Source of the DNA: Geosiphon pyriformis uo1
Lineage: Eukaryota; Fungi; Glomeromycota
Assembly (NCBI GenBank): GCA_016748015.1
Contig: JAAOMT010000009.1
Coordinates: 2,030,200-2,094,199 of the forward strand
DNA length: 64,000 bases
Direction: 5' to 3'
In this document: positions 50,532 to 64,000 of the stretch, in pieces
Layout: each line of letters begins with the position of its first letter
Position numbering within the stretch: position 1 is the first letter of the stretch
The notes under the pieces: model-generated
Databases searched by the model: none
What the model saw: the letters and a program-made list of their open reading frames with translations, nothing else
Told to the model about the DNA's origin: nothing
Position numbers and translations under genes: made by a program

Positions 50532-52747
50532 ATAAGATTATTAACTTTAATTATTAATCTGATTATTCCTTTTTTTTTTGGTTAAATATATCACCAATGC
50601 TTGCTATAGCTCTTAAAAAACATGTTATTAGTCAAATATTAAAACTCAATTAATTTTTTCCACAAAAAAAATCAAAAGAATTGCTTTTGTAATTTACTTG
50701 TAAAAAAAAAAAAATTATTCAAGTTTTGAACAACTATTAATTTTTTTTTAATAATAAAAAAATAAAGGTAAAAGTACAAATTAAAATTTGAAATATTTGA
50801 ATGAGATTATATTTTTTTGGTAGCCTATTTTGAAAATGATTAATTAGATTGTAAATCTTTTTTTAAATCAAATTGATGAAAGGACAAATTAATTTACTAT
50901 CTTAAAATTCTTAATCAAGTAAGATTTATTGATAAGACTAAACAAACCTATTTTTTTTTCTTACTACTGTATAATAAAGTTTTATGTTATTTTTCAAGAT
51001 TGTCTGTTTAAATAAATACTATTAAAAGAAATTCTTGAAATCCCAAAATATTGTAAATAAGTATAAACTATTTTCGAAATATTTTATTTCAAAGTTTTTT
51101 AATTTATTATATAATTCACAATTTTTCAAATGACATTTTAAATTTGTCATATATTTCAATTTTACCGTGATATCAATTCTATCGCCAAAGGAGAAACAAA
51201 GAAAAAAATTTAAAAGCTACAATACTGACTCACAAAGTTAACTTATTTATATCCAACTTAATTAAGATTTGCATTGGGCATTTGAAACCAAGGAAGAGTA
51301 GAATCTTGAATTAATTTCTTTTCGAAAAGGCTCATAAAAAAAGCAGCCAATCAAATTTTTAGGGTTATAAGGTATTGTAGAAATAATTTTGAAAAAATCC
51401 TATTTATAAAATTTTAAAATCTAAAAAGTTCCCATAAATTCTCTATTGAAAAAACTTTTTTTATGATTTTATTTTAATTTATAAAAAGCATTCAGGATTC
51501 TTTAGATTTCAATTATTAGTACAGTATTTTTATTAAATTGATATGAAAATTATGGGGGCCAATCTCTTCAAAAAGTTGAACCCCTAAATTTCATTTATCT
51601 TTGAAAGCAAACCTTTGATAATCAATCAACTTTCGGAAATCTTCAAATCGATTTGCATTAAAACAAATAATCAAAAGATACATATTTGGATGTCAATTAA
51701 ACGTGAATATCTTTAATTTTTTTTTCCTAAACGGGATAGTTTATCTTTCTTTATTATCAAGGAATCGAACCAAAAATCTGTTAAATCAAAAAAGCTGTTA
51801 CCTTGATGGCAGAAGTCGAATTGATTAATAAACAGCCGAAGCAGGATTTTCAATTATCTAACGAAGATCTTACGGAAAAACGAGCCTTTGGAATTGAGAT
51901 TACTTGATTAAAAGCATTTGAACACCTAATTGAATCATAAAAAACTTGGGAACAATTATTTTCTGAAAATATATTCCCTCCGAGGCTATAGCTTTATATA
52001 ATGAAAAAAATCAATCAAGTGTCTAATAAAGGTTAGCAAGTTTCTATCTTTAAAATAATTTCTCAAAATTGTTTCAAGTTTATTATAAATTACTATTTTT
52101 GATGTACTGTATGGTTGGTTACACTTCTATTGAATTTTTTTCAATTTTTCAAAGCGGTTCGGGTTTCCTCCAGAAAATAAAAAAAAACTTTGTATGCAAC
52201 CAACCTCCAAGCGTTTCATCCGAGGACAAGGAAACAATAAATAATTTATATTATAAGGCAGTATTGAAGAAATAGCATTTCAAAATAAATATATTACATT
52301 TATATATTACTTTGTTTATGATTTTCATGCAGATTTCACACGAACAATACCCGGTGGATCCAAAACGATTTTCCTTGTTGACTCAAAAATTTAAGCATTG
52401 ACCATGAACTACTCCTTATTCCTTCTTTTATCCTCTATTTATTCCTAAATTCTTTTAATCTTTTTTTTTGTTGCTTGCCTGTTATTGCCTCATGAGGTTC
52501 CACCATTATATATTCGTTTCTTTTACACCCTATTGTGGTAAAAATTGGTTGGAAAGTTTATACGTTGGATAAGTTGCTGGTCTCTTATTTTCAGACAATA
52601 TATACTTCATTTTCGTTTCTTTGTTCATCAAAATCATATAAATATATTTATATAACGGTAAAATTTATCATGAAACTTATCATCAATTAGCTTTTATCTT
52701 TTGTCATATTAGAAATTTCAATACTTTATTAAGATACAAAACAACGC

Positions 52748-55336
52748 ATGTCCTATATACCACCAGAAAATAAGAGACTAAAATTTGATCTTCGTATATT
52801 AACAACGGCCGAGCCAACTTTTCCCTCCTCATTTAACGCATCTGCCGAACCTTCATCCTTGACCCCTCTGTCCCCAATATTTTCTGATAAAACATTAAGT
52901 GTTCCACCAATTTCTAACGAAAATAAACAATATTTAGATATTAACAATAGCAGCAGAACTCCTCGAATTCCGACAGAGTTAATTCAGCATAATAGAACCA
53001 GCAATACTTTCAACCCCTCCAAAAATAATAGAAAACTTTCAGTTCATTTAAAAGAAGTTGGTCAAATAGTTTTTGAAAGGATAAAGAAATTAAATTCAAT
53101 ATACGAGACTTCAGCTCAATCTGCTGAAATTCAAGAAACTCCAGAATATTTAGTTGAAAATCTCACAGGCTCATCAGCAAGGACAAGTATAATGTCAAAT
53201 AGTGAGCAAATTGCCGTAGATTTCAGTGAAAACGATAGTGACCATAGCGAGACAGTTGAAAGCACTGCTGTAGGAGAAAATAAGTCGATTCCACCTTCAA
53301 GATACACTGCTCATAAAAGGGGAATAAATAAACGAAAACTTTGTTGTTGTATCGCATGTCCACTATGTTGTTGGACAAATCCATGGAATTTGATAACCAA
53401 GAAGAAAAGATCTTTTAATAGTAATGCCGCTCTACAGGGGAACTCTAAGGGAATTTCAATGACTCCCGAAAAAAGGAAGAAAGTGATAAAGAAGAGAAGA
53501 GATTGTTGCTGTATCATCCTTCTCATTATGATTATTATTATATTATTGTCTAATATAATCGCACTAGATGTAAATCACTTTCGTTCTCCTGCTTTAACTG
53601 ATCGTTGGGAGGATACTATAAGTTCCAATACGACAAAAAATCCCTCATCCCCAATAAATATTGCAATTAAGGCAATGGTATGCCTGACAATGTTTGACGG
53701 TTTGATATCCACCCAACCCAAGACGTTCCCTTGCGAATTTTGTGCAGATGATTTGAACCCATTTTATAATATGTCCCAGTTTTGTGTTTTGAAAGGCATT
53801 GTATCCAACGCGGTTAATGGATCAAAGTTGGAAACGGAATTAGGATGGCTGGCGAATGGGAATTTTTGTAGATGGCTTGGGGTAACTTGTGATTCTTCAC
53901 AAAGCATCACAGAATTGTATCCTTTTTTGAAGAAAGTCTTTTTATTTGGGGTACAACATATATATTATTTACATCACTTTGAAAGAATTCATCCTTGATT
54001 AGAAACTTGCTTCCCAATTTTAGAATTTTGGAGTATCCGAATATTCCTGTAACCTTTGGGAATGATCTAGGAAAATTGATTACTCTGCAAAAACTGTGAG
54101 TTCAAAGAATTTCTTTAGCTTCTAATTAATTTTCTTTTCATATATTTTATCAATAAAACTCGTTATTTTACAGCACCGTTATTGGAAATTCTGTCTATCC
54201 AAATGGCGACATCCCAAAAACTATCTTCCAACTTAGAAATTTGACTAGTATGACCTTGCAATCGACGAGTCTGAGGTCTTTACCAGACAACTTTGATAAG
54301 ATTCCCTCGTTGCAAAATTTGTACGTTTCTTGAAATCATTTTTTACAACCATATAAATATATCTTTCTCATATGATATTTCATGCTTCATTAGGGTTCTA
54401 GCAAGAAATGAACGACTCGGTGACTCGATACCAAGTTCAATCGGATCGCTTTCGCTCAAGTCTTTGTAAGTAATCAAATCAAATCAATCTTCAATATTGT
54501 GTGAATACTCACATATTGGTTTCGAAAAGGACAATATCTGCGCAGAATATTTCGGGAAACATCCCAAATATAATAGGGAATAGCAAAACATTGCAAAACA
54601 GTCTCACTTATTTGTATGTAAGCAGATTATTTTTTCCATTGTGTTTAAATTAATTTTAAAGATGCTAACTACGTGTTTCTTCCTTAAAATACAGAGATTT
54701 GGGTTTGAATCAGCTCACTGGAAATTTCCCGATCTCTCTCCTACAGCTAAAATCTTTGACTTCATTGTAAGTAAATTAATCAAAATCATGATTTTTACTC
54801 CCTGATTCTCATCAAATCTTGAATTCGGTTCTTAATTTTCAGGTCCCTTGCGAATAATAATATTTCTGGACCGATACCGGACGGGATCGGGTCATCTGGT
54901 TTTAACGAAACAATGAAAACGTTGGATTTAAGTGGGAATTCGTTTTCAGGAAATATTCCTAATTCCATCAACCAGCTATCAAACCTAAGAATTCTTTTGT
55001 TGCAAAAGAATCGTCTCTCAGGCAATATACCTACCTCGATGAGTCGTTTAGGATCCCTCACTGAACTCAATTTTAATAATAATCAATTGACTGGAAATAT
55101 TGATATGCTGGGTTCGATCAAGTCCCTGAAAAAAATGTAAGTGTTAGAAAACTTCTGAACTCCAATGATTGATTGATTTAATCTTATTTAATTTTGAATT
55201 TTCTAGAAACTTGGCTGGAAATTTATTATCAGGCTCTATACCACGAGAAATCTGTAGTAACACCTATAGCCAATGTGATTTAAAACTCAATGATCTGAAA
55301 CCCTCCACTACACAATGCCAATCATGCCAATTATAA
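52748..55336 (+). CDS. Single-pass membrane protein with C-terminal plant-type leucine-rich repeats (multi-exon)
   Basis: Disordered N-terminus, Cys clusters (CCCIACPLCC; KKRRDCCC), hydrophobic helix IILLIMIIIILLSNIIAL, LRR N-cap GWLANGNFCRWLGVTCD, repeats such as LDLSGNSFSGNIPNSINQLSNL and LLLQKNRLSGNIPTSMSRLGSL, Cys-containing cap; stop at 55334-55336. Confidence 0.88.
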
Positions 55337-56202
55337 ATGCTCCTTTTTTCTCCCCGTTATTATTTCCTTTCACATTTGGATATTAATGAACATTCAAGAT
55401 TTGTATAAAAATTTGTATTAGATTCTAAAACACTGACTCGAAGCAACTGTATTTATTTTAGCATTTTCATCTTAATTAAGACTAGTTTTTTGCATAACTG
55501 TTTCTAGAAATATTTACTTATTCAACTGAAATTTTAATTCAAGTGTAATATGGAGTTCCTGGTTCTCAAACTCGATATTGTATTTGTTTCCTATAAACGT
55601 CACTGAAATTCAATTATCATTGAAGGGGTTTGAAAGTCGGATCCACGTATCACGACGACAAAATTTCTTCTTTTAGCCTCAAAGTTCGAGGATATTGTTT
55701 ACTTTATCCTTCTACGAAGACCGCGTCCAAGTTCCTTTTTTGCACCAAAAAAAAATATGATTTCCTATATCAAATTTTTTGGCAAAAAATTATTTTAAAT
55801 CTTTTCTTAATGAGAATATTTTTGATCACAAAAAACGCAAAAAACTTTTAACGATAACAAGAATAAAATATTGAAAAATAACTTTTTTACAATAGTCTAT
55901 ACATAAATCAAGGGGAAATTCAAGACTAAATTTTATTTTTTATTTTTTTTTGTAAATATCCAATTTTTCAAGTAACTTTATGTGAGGTTTACAATGTATT
56001 TTTCTTAATAGATTTTTTTGGAAAGTTGTCCTACATAATGATCTGATTACTTGTGTAACATCGTGGCAGAATACTAAAACAAAAATATTTGTTATCCATA
56101 TTGATAATTCATGAGTTGATCGTCATCAGTTACCTTTCTACCTTTTTTTAAAAGCAGCCAGCAATTTCATTCAAATTTTTTTTTACTTCCACGATATAAT
56201 AC

Positions 56203-58552
56203 ATGACTTCTACATATAGTGTATGTATAATCTAAAATATATTTTAAAACTTTGAATCGATTTAAATACATCATAGGTCAATAGAAAATGGTTTTGAATT
56301 TGAAATCTCAAGAAATTATACTCTCCCCTTATAATTAAACCAAAAAATTGCAGATAAATTACGCTCTGCGAGCACACAAACGTGATCCTTTTATCGAATG
56401 GATCAAGGTTGGGAATCAAGAGATTTTTCATTTTATTGGTGGTCGATCACCGTACAATATACGCAAAAATATATATTAAACGTTTTTAGGCGATGATGAT
56501 GACCCCTTTTGTATTGCATGCAAAACCTATACCACCAAATGATGACCCAAATGAAAACAATGAAGAACCATACCAGATGGATGCAAACGTTGCACGCTAT
56601 TGTGACATATTGTCGAGCATCGAGGAGTTAATTAATGTGAGGACATATCTAAATAGATTTCTTATAGTTAGAGAATCAATAAATTTCAACGCAGAATTCC
56701 TTGTATTTTAGGAACATATAGGGAAACAAAAGAATGGTAATAAAATCTCCTGAAACGTTTCGAATCAAAAGTTATATATAATATTTATACCTTGAAACTG
56801 ACTTTCTTATCATATTATTAGGGGTTCCTGATCAATCAAGATTGGTCAGACTGGTTCCTTCAATTTCAACATTCCACACAAAATTACCGTTAAAAGACTC
56901 TTTTCTGCTAGCGAATGGAAAGCATTCTATTGCTGCACGTCGGTTTGTGCCACCAAGTTTTAATGATATTCGAAGGTATGTTTAAGTGAGCTTCGCTTTT
57001 TATATGGAATTCATCGAATTTCTTTTTAGAACTTGACATAATCTCAAGCATCTCTTCATTTAGAATCCTGAACACCGCTCAAGTAAGTCATCGAAACTCA
57101 TTTTAAAACATATCATGTAATGACCACAAAATTTATCTTAATCTCGCTAGATTATTGCGATTGCACCGAATTTAAAGTTGATCACATTGTAAGCAAGAAA
57201 ATCTTAGTTTTTATACCTGAATTTTCCACAAATACTAATTATGTCAAACTTTAGCGATGGTGATATGACACTTTATAATGATGGTGATGATTTCGATCAA
57301 GACTCCGCTCTCGTAAACTCACTTGTTCGGCTGCTTGAATTTGATCTGTACGTCTGTGTGGTTACGGCAGCCGGATATCATACTGATGCTCAACGATATG
57401 AACAAAGGCTTTCCGGATTGCTAAAAGGATTCGAAAGAGCTAATTTACCGAAAGAAGTTATAGAAAGGTTTTATTTATTAGGTAAAATTTTATATTCTCG
57501 TGCTAATCAATTTAATTAAAAATCTAACTTTTCACAATGTATTTTTCAGGGGGCGAATGTAATTTTTTGTTTCAATGCAAAGAAAATTATCACCTCGAGT
57601 ATATTCCTGAGGAGTAAGTTTTAGGAACTTTTCTTATTCTGTTGATTTAGTATCAAATACAATCTAAAATGGTCGCAATTAATAGCAAATACCAACCTGA
57701 ATATGTTCAATGGCAACCAGAAAAAATCGCCGCAATATTAGATGTTGCTGAGGAGAATTTACAAAGATGTATTGATGAAATGCGACTACCTTGTACAGTT
57801 CTACGCAAGAGTAAAGCTGTTGGTATGTCAAATATATTTCACAAAATATTTTTAATACCTTCAATTAATCGTTTCTGAAATTCTCGTAAAAGGAATCGTG
57901 CCAAAACCAAAGATCAAGATATTTAGAGAACAGTTGGTAGGCTTTGCATATTTGAATGCCGAGAGTTTATACACAATAATCTCACATTGGTTTATTGCTG
58001 TCAAAGGATGAATGTGCATTATCAACTCAGCATCGACTTGATACATATATACAGTCTGCGAAGGGCAAAGGTTCTGCTTTACCATTTTGTGCGTTTAATG
58101 GAGGCAGTGATGTATGGGTGGATATGTAAGTAATTACAATGATTCATTGATTTTTGTCTTTTGCATAATTTGAATCAAATATTCATATCTACGATCAACA
58201 ACAAATAGTGGCAATAAATTGATAGGTGTACAAATATTGCAAGAATTTCTTGGAGCCACGTCTGAACAGACCTTACATGTTGGAGATCAAGTAAGAAAAT
58301 TTGGCTCTTATTTTTAATAATGATATTCGATATATCACATATTTGATAATGATAAAAAGCCTAAAGTTTTTAACTTTTCCTTATTAGTTTTTGTCAACTG
58401 GAAATGACTTTGCTACTCGAAGCCAATGTTGCACATTATGGATTGTGAATCCGGAAGAAACTCAACAAGTTTTAATCGAATTAGATGGTTTGCTGGAAGC
58501 AAAAAAAGTAGACCGAGCAATTTCCAATACCAAAAATTCAGGGATTAAATAG
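56203..58552 (+). CDS. ISN1: IMP-specific 5'-nucleotidase (HAD superfamily), many short exons
   Basis: MTSTYS|INYALRAHKRDPFIEWIK|AMMMTPFVLH, RRFVPPSFNDIR, LITF|DGDMTLY (HAD motif I), VVTAAGY, GGECN, PFCAFNGGSDVWVDI, TLHVGDQ|FLSTGNDF are all ISN1-family signatures. Confidence 0.93.
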
Positions 58553-59062
58553 GAATTAACCTGATTATAGTTAGAAATTGAAAAAAGATTTTTTTATGAA
58601 TTTTGGTATTATTTCATGAAATATTTTAAGTTATTTCTGAAATAGGTAAACATATTGATAATTTGAGTGATCTGAAGAGATTCGGGAGGCCATGATTAAA
58701 ATATAATCAGGTCTCAAAATTGTCCCGAAATTATTCAAAACTTTGATATAAAAATTTGGTATAATTAATAGTTTGCCTATTGAGACAGCTTACTCGCATC
58801 CAGACGTTGAAACTGTATCAATTTCAAAAAAAATATAAAGCCGACAGTTGCCAACAATCAAAAGACTCCTGAAAATTTGAATTTGATTCAATCGATCTTT
58901 TCTTAACCTTTCCGTTAATTGTCAAAAACTTTAAATTCCTCTCTGCAAAATTATGCATAAAAGATTCCATTCGATGTCACCCGATATTCTTTGAAAGAAT
59001 TCATTTAATTCAAATACCATTTATTTCCAAATTATAGAAAATCCAGGTGTTTGAAAATATTA

Positions 59063-61045
59063 TTATACACTTGAATTTTTCAAAAAGCTCTCAATAATAT
59101 CTTTTTCTACCCTTCTTTTTATAACAACCTTATAATTTTTAGGCGAAAAACTCATGGAATTCCCCTCACCAGAAAGATCAATCTTCTTTCCGAGCCCCGT
59201 CTGTGGATCCTTTTCAGGTTCAAGTGTATACAGAGAAAATATATTTGCAATAACTACGTAAATATTTCGTAAAGCCATATCAGATCCTAGACAATTTCTT
59301 CGGCCTCTACCAAAATTCTGGTTTTTATGGGATAGAGTAATAGGAGTATAGTAAACTTAATCAACTTTAAGAATTTGGTCAAGTTGGAAGTTTCATACAT
59401 ACCCAAGGATCAATAGCATCGTTTGGCTCTCTCAAATGTCCATCTTCAAGATAACGTTGTGGATCAAAATTTCCAGAATTTTCATGCAATTCGGAATTCA
59501 TGTGAAGACCTGCGATATTTAATATCACTAAGCTTCCTCTCGGGATATAATACCCATTGTAAATATCGTCATTTACCGTTTCATGTGGAATTGAAAGGTT
59601 CATCACTGGTCTATTAAATAGTAAAATTACTCGAAAATTTCAAGTTTTTAATGTCTAAATTCACAATGAAAGAAAGAACTAATATTATTAATATTTACCT
59701 ATATCTCAAAGTCTCATATACAACTGCTTTCAAATAATGCAGCTGTGACTCATGTTCCACTTTCCACACCATGCCTTTGCCCATCACTCGATCCAATTCT
59801 TCTTGTAATTTCTTCTGCACATCAGGATAGACAATCAAAAGCGCAACAATCCATGTTATAGTTGTAAAGGTATTATGTGTTCCGGCAAGAATGATGTCAT
59901 TGCAAACGGTATTCAAATCATATCTATCAAAGATCAGTTGTCCATTTTCACCTTTTTCAAACTTGTGCGTTGCAGGATCAGCCATAATCGAATTATCAAC
60001 GGTGATTGAATTTATAAGATGAGTAGCGATACAAGTCTCCTTTTCAGGGTCGTTGATTTCGAGACGTTTTTTCAACGCAAGTAGTAAATCATTACATGCT
60101 TTATCAAGACAATCTCGAACTTCTATTGCCTCTTTTTCGAGGTATCTTTGAAGAAACGGGATGAAACGCAGAAGAGGAAATACATCTAAAAGATACCCTT
60201 TGGGTCCTGTGAATTCAAAAAAATGAACAATGCTTTCTTGATAGAGAGTAAATAATGGATCATTTGTTCCAGGTGCTGCACGTTCACCATATACTATTAT
60301 CATGAAAATATGTGTGATACAAATTTGTATATGTTTTGCAATATCCAGCGTGTTAGTGGTAGAGTTCGAGAGGTTTTCTTCAAGAGACCTAATCATGTTC
60401 TTGACTTGTTGATCTATAACCGTTTGGTAATTGGTGTCAATAACGCTTTGCCGGAACATCTGCATTTCGAGCGATCGCATCGTTTTCCACCAGTTTCCAT
60501 ACTATAAATCCCAGTAATGGAGCCAATTGAAAATTTAAAAAGATATAGGAATGATTTCATATTCGAAATTTTGAAATTTGAGAAAATAAAAACGAATCTA
60601 ACCGGTGCCGAGGCTACACTTTTACCACCTCGAAAGATGACCTGATTTAACAAATGACTATCCTAAATCAAAAACAATCCAAAAATTATTAAGTATCATA
60701 CGTTTTATGAAAATTTATCATGACTTCAGTTGAACCTACCCCTCGCGAAGAATAAATGGTTCCCCTGGACACAAATAACTCTTTCGCCACTTTGTAATCA
60801 TTAATCACGATCCATCTTATGGCTCCAATTTTAACCTGAAAAATCGGTCCATATGTTCTTGCGAGTTTCATAAATCCCACATGGTAAATGGGCCCAATTT
60901 GAAAGAGGTTGCCGAAGACAGGGATCGTAAATGGACCCGGAAGATCGATTGCTTCATTTGGTAAAGTTGGTTTACTTTTGGAAAAGTACCACCAAGTTGC
61001 TAAAACAAAAATGAGTGATAAGAATAGGGTAGATGTATCAAACAT
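59063..61045 (-). CDS. Cytochrome P450, membrane-anchored, multi-exon
   Basis: N-terminal anchor, PGPFTIPVFGNL, I-helix AGTHNT, ETLR (ExxR), DPQRY, heme motif FGRGRRNCLG. Confidence 0.93.
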
Positions 61046-61274
61046 TTTGACGCTAAAATTGAAGTGAAATTCGTAGCAATGATAAAATCATGCACAAACA
61101 AGCAACAATGATGCGAGTTATACGTGTATTAATCGTTTTTAGAAATTCATCATAGTTGCTTAAAAACTGACTTATACATGTGCTAAGATATCAAAATTTG
61201 CCAAGTTTTTGAGATATATCAAAAGCCCTCATAGATAAAATTTATTACCCTATTCTTAAGCTGTGCCCAAAAAA

Positions 61275-62403
61275 CTAGTAAAGGAGCGGAATCACAGCCC
61301 ACCTATCTTTTGGCCACTTTTCTCCAAAACTCTTTTTGGCCCATTTTTCACTTTCCTTTGCTGTCAAGGTTAAATTTAGAACAGTGAACCACCAAACCAG
61401 CCAACAAGTTAAATTAATCCCTCTCGTCAATATTATAAAACTTGTATAAATAAGAATTTCGGAAAAATAATGAGCTGAAGCGATCGAATTAAACCAATCT
61501 CCTGTCGGAATTGAATATTTGGGTGGTTTTTGATGGTTAGTTTCGCTCGTATAGAACAGTTTGGAAGAACGTAAGGATGCCAGAATTCGATGTTGAATAT
61601 TTTGATGGTATGAAGCGTATATGAATAAAGAAACGGATAGGATATGATGAATTGAGATCAGATTTTGTATAAAGATTTTTTTTGAATCTGCAGCTTTAGA
61701 ATTTAATAGAAATAAAGAGATCAGTTCATCAAGAGCATGCAAGAAACCCAACAAGATGAGACCAACCTTCCAGAAATACACCAACATTTCCCATCCCCTC
61801 AATCCAGACCGCAAGCCCAACGCCGAGGTAAAAAGTTATTCCCAGAACATAATGTCCCAAATGCATTTTTGCATCTTCTGAGGGTTTTTCGACATAAAAG
61901 CATTCATACAAACGTCTCAGAACTTGTATTTGAATTAATATTAGCCCCAAAAAACATGACTCGATTGGTTGTTGATAATAAACCGATAAACGGATCAAAC
62001 CACCTTCTTTAACGTAAGGAACAAGAAGAAAGGAGATAAAATTTCCCCAATAATCACCATATTCTATCCATTGAATGATTCGGGAAAGGGAAGAATTTCT
62101 CACAGGCCCAGGATAAAAAAATGTTTGAAAAAATAGAAAACCAACCCAAAAATTTCCGACTATATAAAACTGTCTGAACCAAAATTTTGGAACTGTGAGA
62201 TTTGAGAAATGTACGAGAAGTGTTGCCTTTGGACGGTTGGACGAATTTGTTGAGGGATCTTTCAATTTTCCATATAGTAAAAGTGAATCTCGTAGAATTG
62301 GGATTTGAGAACCAATCAAGACTATTGTGATTATTATTATGAAATAGAAACGAGTAAGAACTAACAAAAGCATCCTTAAGGTAGAAACCGGGAATTTTAA
62401 CAT
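61275..62403 (-). CDS. DFG10: Polyprenol reductase / steroid 5-alpha-reductase family (DFG10/SRD5A3-like), 2 exons
   Basis: YGKL, VPKFWFRQFY, QVLRRLYEC, MHLGHYVLGITFY, HQNIQHRILASLR, YSIPTGDWF..AHYFSEILIY, RWAVIPLLY. A ~70-nt GT-AG intron (~61766-61695) joins the two ORFs. Confidence 0.88.
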
Positions 62404-63489
62404 GTCATTGGTGATAAAAACATGATCATCTCTTTAACCTTTTTTTTACAGAAATAAATTAGGCAGATTGACTATTATCTTTTGCCTCCCAATTTGGATT
62501 TCTCGAGTTACACCTAATTAATTTTCAAAGGAAAATTTCCTTTTATCAAATAATTGATATAAAAATTTTGAATCCTCATGTGAATTCAATGGGTTGAAAT
62601 TCTCAAGAGGATGGAAGGAATTAATGAAATATTCTCACACATATGACGGAAAAAATATATTGACAATCGTCTGTTCATTCTTAATTCTGTTTGTAAATGA
62701 TCTTTTAATTTGAAATATATTTAACACCCAAAACCCTACGAATCAGTTTCTAATTATGAAAGTATAGTGTATGTTTAATAAAGAAGTTTTTAATTTCGAG
62801 TCCAGACTTTGGGGAATTTGGTTGCTGGACACTTTTCGAGATTCGTTTTGCTTATGATGATAAATCACAAAAATAAAATTTCATAAATAATTGATTCTGA
62901 GATTACACTTTTGTTTTGGGGAAATTGGAAGATCTTGGAGTTCATTTTTAAGAATAAAACAAGTGATTATATTTTGAAAATATTTTTTTTATTGCCCATC
63001 CTGTTCCGATTGTTTTATTTCGTAAAATCAACAAAATCAAAAATTTTTGGAAGAAACTTACCACTGTACAAATTAGGTTCAATTATGCTCTATAATATGT
63101 AAAACTGGGGGAAATTTTCTAAAGAGTCTATTTATAAGCGGAAAAATTGATGCCGCGAAAGGATATGTTTTCAGAATGCAAAATGAATGCCCGTACGTTA
63201 GTAACTCGTGTTTTATAAATATTACTTAAGGATAATCTATTATGGAGCTTTACCATTCATCAAAGAAATTTCAGTGTCTTTAGTAAAGTTCAGGGAAATG
63301 ATTAAGGGATAAAGTGAATAAAAATTTGTTGAAAATTGTCCGTTTGGTTTTTGATTGAAAAGATTCATGTTCTGAACTAAGAGAAAAAGTGATCTATGCT
63401 GACCGCATGCAAAAATCAATTAAATGCATGGCCCTTCTAGCCCTGTCCATTTGATCTTCTAGAAGATCATTGAACCATTATCATCAAGC

Positions 63490-64000
63490 TTATACGTGTT
63501 GTATCATCATTGCCATGCGATCCTCTTGTAATTGAGCTTGCCTTTTGGCATTAGTGGTTAGACGAGGGAATATTGTAGGGTTGAAAGGGAAAGATAGGCC
63601 ATCCCCATGAGGTATTCCCAAAGGGACTGCAAGAAATTCAGTTATAAATTTATTGAAAAATTTTCAAGATGTTTTACAAGTTCAAATAAACTCACCAAAC
63701 CATAACCACCATTTATTTCCCATAACGGACTTAAAATTATTTCGCCATCCCAAGTCCCATAAATTTTCGCCAGGTAGAGTGGTCGTTACACCATAACCGA
63801 GTGGATTGTTGGCGTCAAATTGAACACGTACATGATATTGGCGTGACTCATATCCAATACTTTCGATTGTGGTCCGATTCGTAAATAAATATGAAGTGTG
63901 TACCAAGGTGAAACCGGTCAAAAGTAGACCAAAAAGAAAGGCCCTGGAAAAATCAACGTTCGTCAGAAATCGAAGAAAATTATCAGATTCAAAAAATTTC
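63490..64000 (-). CDS. DHHC palmitoyltransferase, 3' portion only (gene continues beyond the window)
   Basis: TM segment, then NRTTIES (TTxE motif), NLWDLGWRNNFKSVMG (PaCCT motif), and WWLWF|VPLGIPHGDGLSFP. The DHHC motif itself lies outside the window. Confidence 0.8.

Noticed and set aside
61695-61820. Apparent frameshift splitting the DFG10-like gene into two overlapping ORFs
   Set aside because: Explained by an ordinary ~70-nt GT-AG intron (GAA G|GTTGGT...CTAAAG|CT GCA) that restores the frame.

Overview
AT-rich, intron-containing eukaryotic DNA. Gene content points to an arbuscular-mycorrhizal-type fungus (Glomeromycotina): MATA-type HMG-box genes, TKL-type kinases ending in YTSR, stand-alone Sel1 proteins and Tc1/mariner elements; this assignment is inferred, not searched. 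The left ~46 kb is accessory and TE-rich. It holds a spliced PX-domain gene that the ORF track misses, a hemerythrin (HHE) gene, two convergent HMG-box genes and a kinase pseudogene. It also holds two TIR-bounded DD34E Tc1 elements plus older remnants, two Sel1-repeat genes and an intact pseudokinase. Two things stand out. (1) Three paralogous RBR E3 ubiquitin ligases have an unusual internally duplicated layout: RING1-IBR-IBR-RING1-IBR-charged helix-RING2; one copy has cleanly lost the first RING. (2) A decayed IS607-type element at ~20.4-21.2 kb carries a serine-recombinase TnpA remnant followed by a Fanzor/TnpB-like RuvC nuclease remnant. The right ~17 kb is gene-dense: a Ser/Pro-rich coiled-coil protein, a type II membrane protein with plant-type LRRs, ISN1, a cytochrome P450 with an atypical I-helix, a DFG10-like polyprenol reductase and the 3' end of a DHHC palmitoyltransferase. 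All gene models were spliced by eye; no database searches were run.
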